Assembly: GCA_040285825.1 (NCBI GenBank)
Contig: JAUPSS010000001.1
Location: forward strand, 248,001-312,000
Source of the DNA: Eukaryota sp. TZLM1-RC
Taxonomy: Eukaryota > Protista > Metamonada: BaSk clade
Reading direction: 5' to 3'
DNA length: 64,000 nucleotides
Positions within the stretch are counted from its first letter, which is position 1, and each line of letters opens with the position of its first letter. The notes under the pieces are model-generated. The model had not been told where the DNA came from and did no database searches. It saw only the letters and a program-made list of their open reading frames with translations. The position numbers were made by a program, and so were the translations under genes. Below, piece after piece: positions 55,700 through 64,000 of the stretch.

Positions 55700-58600
55700 A
55701 AAGGTCATGTGTATGAGAAGCTTCAGCGAATTTCTACATCATGGCCGTTTGCTTTCTTGTTCACGTCAAGAAATGGTCATACTCATGCGCTACCCACTAG
55801 TAGGCCTCTCCAACAACTAGTGGATGCAAAGTGCCGCCAGCAGCAAGGCAACTACCAAGAGTTGCTAGCTGATGGTCGTGTGCCCTGGAAGCTCAACTTC
55901 TTTCGCTCGTATGCAGTCGATCATAACTGCTCTGGAGCAGCCACTTATGCTGGCTCTATGCTTGACAACGGCACGAACTCTCGGAAACCTCTTCCTTCTT
56001 TGTTCAACACACATCATACATTGGCTGTCGTTCTATTTAATTTTTTGGTTAATGATCTCAAATTTAGAACACTCTTCTTTTTTCCCGAACAGTGACCCTT
56101 AATCAAGGGAACAATATCTACATCTTTCGCTGCGGCTTAACAATCCAAAACCACCTGGAGCAAGCCTTTCCACATCCCTTTAGACGACATAGACTCACTC
56201 CCATCGCTAGTTTGAAGCCTGCTTTTGTCCCCTTTTCCACATGGGTTCTCAACCATTTTATCTCCAAAAACACATCACAAACAATTTTGAAAAACCCTTA
56301 TTTATTGTTTAAAACAAAAGCTAATGACTACACCATGTCTTCTAATGGTGATAGTGTCCGTATAACTTTCAAACCGCACCCCAAAGCAACACGAGTGAGA
56401 TTGTCCGGAGAAGCCTTGACTGACAAGAGATCCAGAGGGGAACTTGACTACTACGAAACAGCAATGTGTATTATCGATATCTTTTATTTATCTTATCGTG
56501 GGACACTTCCGATAAATATATTGTTAACAAAATATCGTATCTTATTTATCGACATATCGAGCCTCAAGACGATAAATATATCGTTGATAATCAAGTGGAT
56601 AAGTCACAATTTTGTGCTTAAAAACAGTAGTGTTTATTCCTTAAGCTTAAAATTCCATATTATCATCACTTAAACCTTCATCGTCTTCGCTATCAACTCC
56701 AACATCCTCCAATTCTTTCCCCGACATTAAACGGCGAACTGTTTCATAATCCCAGAACTGCCTGTTATACAATAGGAAAAGTTGCTTTTCAAGAGATGCA
56801 GGGGTCATGTTTGGTCGTGTCGTACCATATGTCCTTTTAGCAGCACTAAAAAGCCTTTCGACTTCACAACTTGTTGCAGGAATCCAGTCAAGATCGATAT
56901 ACTTGGATTCTTTGTTCTTTTTCGCTTGCTGGCGCATTTCCATTCTTTTATCAAAGTCTAGGTCACCGTTGTCGATATCAGCGATCTGGTCCTTTTCAAA
57001 ACACTCTATTGCCTTTCTTTCTCTTTCATTGAGTGACTGTTCGTCTTTGTTTTGTACCTTCACTATGGCTGCCTCAAAGTCTGGGTGTGCTGCATTGTTT
57101 GTCGGGTATTTAGTCCAGACAGTCAAGTGAGGGAAATCGTTGTGAAATACCTCAAAAGCATCATTAGCAAGAGCAAGAGTCAGTTTTGTGCCTTGAAGAT
57201 AGTTAGTGATCCTTTTGTTTTTAGTCAAATGATCATAAAGTTGACGCAGGGCCCGTTCTTGTGATGCGTTTGGGAGAAGGTCATCAAAAGAACTGCCAAA
57301 AAGCTGAAAAATTCCTGCTTCTTTATACTGGAAGAATCTTTTCAACGTATCAGCTGCAGACAACCATCTAGTTACATTTCTTTTGGTTGGTCTTCGGGTT
57401 GTTTTAGTCCTTAAAACCATTGACCTTTTTACCCGTCGCAACATTGTAAATATTTTGTCAATAGCTTTCAGTTCATTAACGAGGCTAGATTGAAGCGTCT
57501 TCAGCTCCAAGGCCAATCTGTGAGAGGCACATCCAATGGTAGGAACCCCTAAAAGTTCACCCAGTTTTGCATTTGTAGGACAGTTATCGCTTACAACAAA
57601 GAACAAATTTTGTCGGGTCTTGTTGTAAGCGGCAAGAATGCCGTCAATAATATCACAATACTCTTCAGCACCCAGAAGGGTCGTGGCATCGTCAAAAGGT
57701 TGTTGGTCAGTCACTTCAAGTTCAGTTTCAAAGGGAGTAAGTGCAAGAAGGATAGGTTTTTCGAGACCTAGACCAACAGCAAAGATTCCTACATATTCAT
57801 CACTCTGAGAACGTTCAAACCAACCATCTACGATGATACCAATTTTCGGCGGTAAAGTCCGGGACACTTCTTCTACTACCTTAGTGTACAGTAGCTTGAA
57901 GTACTTCATAAGAGTTGAACGGCACACTGGTTTAAAGTTGAGATAAGTCGACAAGATTTTGTCTTCAACAAAGGTAAAAGGTCTTTGTCCAGAGATGAGT
58001 AAGTCTAAAGTTGCGAAGACCCTATTAATGCGAAGACCCGAGTGGTTTCATAGTACGAAACCACTCGGAATAGAAAACACTTGTGAGCCAAGGTTGAACG
58101 GCCAAGACCTCGCCAGAAACCAAAAGCTACTGAGTGGCAGGCATCTGATGACCAAACGGAAATGTTGTTCTGGGCCATCGACCCCAACCATCCAAATCTA
58201 TGTGGTTCCAGCATTGGAACATGTTCAGAGCCGACCGTATCCAATATCTTCTTGGCACCAAAGCAACGAAAATCAATCACTCCGCTTCACTGACCCACTC
58301 ATCAATAGATGTTTTTGACGTGCAGAAATTGAACCATTATCTGCTTGAAATATCAACTATCGGTGACTATAAGGACTATGAAGGTAATAACGTAAGACGA
58401 TCATTGCTAAAACAGCAATTATATCTGAGTGCTCGAAAAGCATTGAGGAGAAACACATTTGACTTTTTTATAAGAAAACAGAAAAGATAACAGCTCCATT
58501 AGCAACAAAGTGAAAAAATTTGCAAACGGTCGAGAAGTAAAGGTGTGGTTTGGCAATGGAGGTGGTGGTACATCACGTCAAAAAGTGAAAACTCCACGTA

Positions 58601-58905
58601 AGGCGTTTCTAAACTTGTTATAATGTTCATTTGCTAATGTGAAGATCGGAGATGAATATATGACATCTGCAGAGGTGAACTGCTGCAAGATGCTACACCA
58701 AGAAATCTATCGAGAAATTGATGGTGAAATTAAAGTTCACAACGCCTATTTCAGTTGTCCAGAATGTAATCAAGTTTGGTCTAGAGACATTTCAGCATCA
58801 CTAAATCAGCTAGAAATTTCAATTAGTGAGCATTACTATAAAACAAGACCAGAAGCGTTCCAGAGACCACAAAGAAACTGGGTTCAAAGCTACGTATTGT
58901 TCTAG
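55700..58905 (+). pseudogene. Second-family Fanzor1 pseudogene (copy C), split by a hAT transposon (N-part ~55700-56458, C-part ~58410-58905)
   Basis: N-part: HRLTPIASLKPAFVPFST..L and SNGDSVRITF. C-part: FDFFIRKQK, VWFGNGGGG...TP, IGDEYMTS...CC, FSCPEC.QVWSRDISASLN and RPEAFQR. RuvC-I was not found; stops and frameshifts are present. Confidence 0.78.
56459..58409 (-). mobile_element. hAT-superfamily DNA transposon (transposase ORF 56647-57954, 5' part disrupted)
   Basis: RPFTFVED, IIVDGW, VSDN..TN, IGCASHRLAL, NVTRWLS and WIPATSCEVERLFSAAK. Ends are CAGCAATG (56459) and CATTGCTA (58402-58409). Subterminal TATCG/CGATA repeats are present. Confidence 0.88.
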
Positions 58906-59700
58906 AGGAGAAATGGGTTCACTAGGATTGGTGGCCAATTATTCGAGAATTTTAGAACATCTGAGGACGATCTCAACAAGGATGAAAATTCTTGGAATAA
59001 GATTGAATGCTGCTTGAAGAAAGTATGCATTTCAAATGAAAATCATAGTGATCGGACATCACGACGTGTTTCAATATTACCACCATGTGGATCACGTGGT
59101 GGTTGGTGCCACCATGGTGGTTTTCTTGGTGGTCAATTTTATTTCATTGTTCCTTTCTCCTTTCTTTGTTCCAAATACCATGGCCTGGTAGCAAACACCC
59201 TGTATTTGAATACATTTTCCCTAATAATGCTTATGATGAAGTGGAATATTCGAGAGGACGCCTACATGTCATATGTGACTTTCATTCAAATGGATGAATG
59301 CTGAAATAGTAAAAATGATGGAAGAGATGGACGAAGTTGCAGAGGCAGTCAACGAGCAGGATCAAGAAGCAGATTATTCACTGGATGAGGAAGTCCTACC
59401 GATCCTTGTTATTTCAGAAATCTTTCTGTTTCGGAGGACATTGAGGAGGAATGATATGATCGATTTCAAATGCTTTTTCGTTCGATAGTTGAGTTATGGG
59501 TTTAGTATTTGTTAGTGAAAATAAACATGTTTTATTCATAATGATTTGACATGTCAGAAAGTAACATCATTTTATAGGTTCAAAAATACACTACCATGTG
59601 GGAAAAATTCCGAACCTTGGACAGTAGAGCGGTTTATAAACAATCATTTCAATCTCAACTCTTACTACCACCCAACATTAGTGGTTAGTGTTCATAGCTA

Positions 59701-62596
59701 ATGTCATCTTATCCCCAAAGCCCTAAAAGGGAGGATCAGAATAGGATCTTTATTGAATTGGAAAAAGAACGTCGCCAGCCACCATTGAGCCCATTGCGTT
59801 CACTGCCCACTCCTCTTGCACATTTGAAATCTTCATCAAACAGACTTCAGTTAGATGATTTCAACGAAGAAAGTCTCGCTGATTCAGAACATGAAGAGCT
59901 CTCCCACCAACTCTCCTCTAAACACCCTAACTTTGACGATGAAGTAGCTAGCCTTCAAGCACAACTGGAGAAATACATTGAAGAATGTAGTTCTTTCGAA
60001 CTCCAAATACAGACCCTTACTCTGGAAAACAACGATCTCAAATCTCGTCTCTCTTCATTTGAAGACCTTGATCGCAAAGCAAATAGGGTGAACTCTCTCC
60101 AAAGCCTGGTTGATGGGTTCAAGGTTAAGCTTGGTTCTCTTCAGGTTGAGAATAACCAAGTTAAAGAGGAAAATAGACAATTAAATCACCAATTGGAATT
60201 AATTCCTGAATTAAAATCCAAATTATTGGAATTGGAGAAGGAAAATAGGACTTTTGTAGGTAAATGTGCAGAAGGTGCTCAGAGAAACCGTGAATTAAAG
60301 GAATTGATGGAAGACTATCAACAACTCAACATCAAATTAGAAACTGAAAATTCCGAATTGAAATCTGAAATTTCCGAAAATGTTGAATTACTTGAAGGAA
60401 TTAAAATTGAAAATTCCGAATTGAAATTTGAAATTTCCAAATTGACCGAAAATTACTCAATTGCTTCTGATTTTGAACAAAATGTCAACAATTAGAAACT
60501 GAAAATTCCGAATTGAAATCTGAAATTTCCAAATTGACCGAAAATTACTCAATTGCTTCTGATTTTGAACAAAAATGTCAACAATTAGAAACTGAAAATT
60601 CCGAATTGAAATCTGAAATTTCCGAAAATGTTGAATTACTTGAAGGAATTAAAATTGAAAATTCCGAATTGAAATCTGAAATTTCCAAATTGACCCAAAA
60701 TTACTCAATTGCTTCTGATTTTGAACAAAAATGTCAGCAATTAGAAACTGAAAATTCCGAATTGAAATCTGAAATTTCCAAATTGACCGAAAATTACTCA
60801 ATTGCTTCTGATTTTGAACAAAAATGTCAACAATTAGAAACTGAAAATTCCGAATTGAAATCTGAAATTTCCAAATTGACCCAAAATTACTCAATTGCTT
60901 CTGATTTTGAACAAAAATGTCAACAATTAGAAACTGAAAATTCCGAATTGAAATCTGAAATTTCCGAAAATGTTGAATTACTTGAAGGAATTAAAATTGA
61001 AAATTCCGAATTGAAATCTGAAATTTCCAAATTGACCAAAAATTACTCAATTGCTTCTGATTTTGAACAAAAATGTCAGCAATTAGAAACTGAAAATTCC
61101 GAATTGAAATCTGAAATTTCCAAATTGACCAAAATTACTCAATTGCTTCTGATTTTGAACAAAAATGTCAGCAATTAGAAACTGAAAATTCCGAATTGAA
61201 ATCTGAAATTTCCAAATTGACCCAAAATTACTCAATTGCTTCTGATTTTGAACAAAAATGTCAGCAATTAGAAACTGAAAATTCCGAATTGAAATCTGAA
61301 ATTTCCAAATTGACCCAAAATTACTCAATTGCTTCTGATTTTGAACAAAAATGTCAACAATTAGAAACTGAAAATTCCGAATTGAAATCTGAAATTTCCA
61401 AATTGACCCAAAATTACTCAATTGCTTCTGATTTTGAACAAAAATGTCAGCAATTAGAAACTGAAAATTCCGAATTGAAATCTGAAATTTCCAAATTGAC
61501 CCAAAATTACTCAATTGCTTCTGATTTTGAACAAAAATGTCAACAATTAGAAACTGAAAATTCCGAATTGAAATCTGAAATTTCCAAATTGACCCAAAAT
61601 TACTCAATTGCTTCTGATTTTGAACAAAAATGTCAGCAATTAGAAACTGAAAATTCCGATTTGAAATCTGAAATTTCCAAATTGACCCAAAATTACTCAA
61701 TTGCTTCTGATTTTGAACAAAAATGTCAACAATTAGAAACTGAAAATTCCGAATTGAAATCTGAAATTTCCAAATTGACCGAAAATTACTCAATTGCTTC
61801 TGATTTTGAACAAAAATGTCAGCAATTAGAAACTGAAAATTCCGAATTGAAATCTGAAATTTCCGAAAATGTTGAATTACTTGAAGGAATTAAAATTGAA
61901 AATGCTGAATTGAAATCTGAAATTTCCAAATTGAAGGCCAATTTTTCAGATGATGCCCATTACAGGGTTTGCGCACTAGAAGTTGAAATTGATTCTCTCA
62001 AATCTGCTGTCAGCAACAAAGATGCTTCAATTGAACAATTACTCAACAATGAAGTAGTCCTGAACAGTAAAATTGCTGATTTAAATGCAGCAAATGAAAA
62101 TATAGAAAAGTTATATACAGATATTTTGGAAAAATCTACTGATAATAGTTCTTTGCAATTAGACTTATCTAAACTTAGACAAGAAAAGGATGAATTCTTA
62201 GTTGAAATTGAAGAAGCTAAGACTGCATTATCTCAATTAACTACCGAAAAGCAAAGTTTATTGCAGGAATTCCAAAGTGCTTTTGAGGAATGTGAAAAAT
62301 TAAGACTTGACAAACAATCGCTCGAAGATGATATAATCTCCAAAGATGATTTGAATTCTCATTTACAAAGTAGATTCCAGAATCTTTTAACACAATATGA
62401 GGAGCAAATGGAATCTCTCGGTAAAGAGAAGGCGGCTAAAACAGTGAAGGAAAAAGAGTTGAAACAGCTCCGTAGTAGTGTGATTGCTTTCAAAAAGGAC
62501 TTTGACTCTCTATCCAGTAGGTTTAGAGCGGCAACTGATTATGCAAAGGGATTGGAAACATTGATAAATGAACAATTAGTAACAAAAACAAAATAA
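59701..62596 (+). CDS. Long coiled-coil repeat protein, broken in this assembly by two 1-bp frameshifts (~60480, ~61130)
   Basis: The three consecutive ORFs join if single bases lost from homopolymer runs in the repeat units are restored. Confidence 0.75.
60335..61932 (+). repeat. Coding tandem array of 93-bp (31-aa) units interspersed with 63-bp (21-aa) units
   Basis: Near-identical LETENSELKSEISKLTQNYSIASDFEQKCQQ units and ENSELKSEISENVELLEGIKI units. Confidence 0.95.
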
Positions 62597-62692
62597 ATGG
62601 GTAATTATTTATTGACCAACATGTTCAAAAAGTTTACAAATAAGGTTAACATATAACAAAAAGACTAACAAAACAAAAGTAGGGATGATGAA

Positions 62693-62936
62693 TCAGCTTT
62701 GGGTACTTTCATGGGGATTATATAAGAGGAGCTTGTCAATAAGTTCCACATGGGTAAGCACCATACGGCGACAACAGTAACGTTTGAGATTAAGCTTGTC
62801 GAGGGCTTCGCTGTAATAAGTGGGGTGAAGAGAGTACCAACCCTTCAGAAGTTTGAGCTTGAAGAAGTTCAAGGTATTGCTCGTACTTATTGCCTACTAC
62901 TTTGCCACAAGTAAAGCAGCGTACCGGGATAATCAT
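62693..62936 (-). CDS. RPB10: RNA polymerase I/II/III subunit RPB10 (RPABC5); intron 62811-62841
   Basis: [15 protein letters not shown]... Removing the 31-nt GTTGGT...TACAG intron gives [32 protein letters not shown]. Confidence 0.96.
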
Positions 62937-63006
62937 ATAAGGTGTGCTAAATGGCAAAGAATTTGGACCTAATTCCCCCATACCCAACTTATTATCTACA
63001 TATTAT

Positions 63007-63729
63007 ATGTCTGACCATCGTGCCCAATTATCTCGTCTATTGAGGCTGCCTGAAAATCAATTTTGTGTAGATTGTGGAGCACGTGGTCCCCGATGGAGTA
63101 GTACCAATCTTGGGATTTTCTTTTGCATGAATTGCTCAGCCATCCATCGTTCTCTCGGTACTCACATTTCAAAAGTCAAATCTTGTACACTTGACGAATG
63201 GACCCTTGATCAGGTTGAATATATGAAATCAGTAGGTAACCATCGCTTCAATTCTCGTTATGAATCCAAGTTATGTAATGGTCAAAAAATCAAACCTACT
63301 TGTTCCACTGATGAACGAATCCAGTTCATTAGGTCAAAATACGAACGTAAACAATGGTATTCTGATGCACCAAGACCGCCCTCTCGAGTGTCCCCTGCAC
63401 CCTCTCCTCCTCTCTCCCCACAGCACTCTCCAAGGTCGACTGTGTCCTCGTTGAAGAGTCCATCCCCTTCACATCTCTCCAAGACATCTTCTGTTGATTC
63501 AATTGACCTCGTGGACCTTTCCGACTGTTTGATGTCTTCTGTGGAGTCCACCAAGTCTTCACTTAAATCTCCGATTCCTGAAACACCCAAGAGCACCCTG
63601 AGTAGTAATTCAAAGGAAGGACAGGGTTCAAGCAATGGAAAGTCCAAAATTAAATCTGCAAAAGCATCAATTTTGTCTCTTTTCGATGATGATTTGAACC
63701 AAAATAATAAGAATTTTTCATTATTTTAG
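63007..63729 (+). CDS. ArfGAP domain protein (SMAP/AGD5-like)
   Basis: [48 protein letters not shown] and FIRSKYE, with a C-terminal KASILSLF. Confidence 0.9.
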   Translation: MSDHRAQLSRLLRLPENQFCVDCGARGPRWSSTNLGIFFCMNCSAIHRSLGTHISKVKSCTLDEWTLDQVEYMKSVGNHRFNSRYESKLCNGQKIKPTCSTDERIQFIRSKYERKQWYSDAPRPPSRVSPAPSPPLSPQHSPRSTVSSLKSPSPSHLSKTSSVDSIDLVDLSDCLMSSVESTKSSLKSPIPETPKSTLSSNSKEGQGSSNGKSKIKSAKASILSLFDDDLNQNNKNFSLF

Positions 63730-64000
63730 TCTTTTAATTATTGTTTTTAAAGTTTTTTTTGTAAATTATTTTAGATTTATTCAGTATTCATGTAACTTTG
63801 TTTGAGTCAAATTTTCTTTTTTTTGGCTCTTGAATTAAATCCAATATCTACTTAATACTTGTTTAGCTTATTACAACATTTACGGCTAAGATTAAATCAA
63901 ATATAATTGATCAATTCGATGCTCAAGTTGACGCAGCCATAACAATTACTTTCAAACTTCTAATAGTGTGGTAGGTGATGTCACTACAGCAACCCCCAAT

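Noticed and set aside
56092-56673. 193-aa ORF as a real gene
   Set aside because: It is chimeric: Fanzor-C sequence reading into the hAT subterminal repeats after ~56460.
55700-58905. hAT transposon carrying Fanzor as cargo
   Set aside because: The Fanzor halves lie outside the TIR-like ends and on the opposite strand, which fits insertion into Fanzor.
61083-61793. Antisense repeat ORFs (also 60649-60894, 36348-36596, 36379-36729)
   Set aside because: They are shadow frames of coding tandem repeats.
60335-61932. Regular repeats as a possible CRISPR array
   Set aside because: The units are contiguous, in-frame coding repeats with no unique spacers, there are no cas genes, and the context is eukaryotic.
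1-64000. Alternative genetic code or stop-codon readthrough to explain broken ORFs
   Set aside because: Conserved host genes translate intact with the standard code and use TAA, TAG and TGA as stops. In-frame stops are confined to decayed TEs.

Overview
This is a 64 kb window of a compact, AT-rich eukaryotic (protist-like) genome, not a prokaryotic one. It has very short intergenic regions, rare 31-nt spliceosomal introns and housekeeping genes: Tudor-SN, a MadBub/Bub1 kinase, a BLTP1/Csf1-like giant lipid-bridge protein, a CCDC180-like protein, a mid-SUN protein, NOL10, RPB10, an ArfGAP, a CDP-alcohol phosphatidyltransferase and a GH16-fold protein. Islands of decayed mobile DNA lie between them: many fragments of RLE-type (CRE/R2-group) non-LTR retrotransposons, a hAT transposon and two hAT-type MITEs with TIRs and 8-bp TSDs. 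The highlight is three Fanzor (eukaryotic TnpB-like, RNA-guided RuvC nuclease) loci from two families. Two related copies (10573-11815 +, 42027-44150 -) share a hairpin-rich non-coding 3' tail that ends abruptly at TGGGAATTTCCCAC, a candidate omegaRNA scaffold/guide boundary. Both carry Asn instead of the RuvC-III catalytic Asp (NRN), and both end 40 or 8 nt upstream of a co-oriented host start codon, so the predicted guides are host 5' leader/start-codon sequence. A third, divergent Fanzor with canonical RD has been split by the hAT transposon. All calls come from motif recognition and manual alignment only; no database searches were run.
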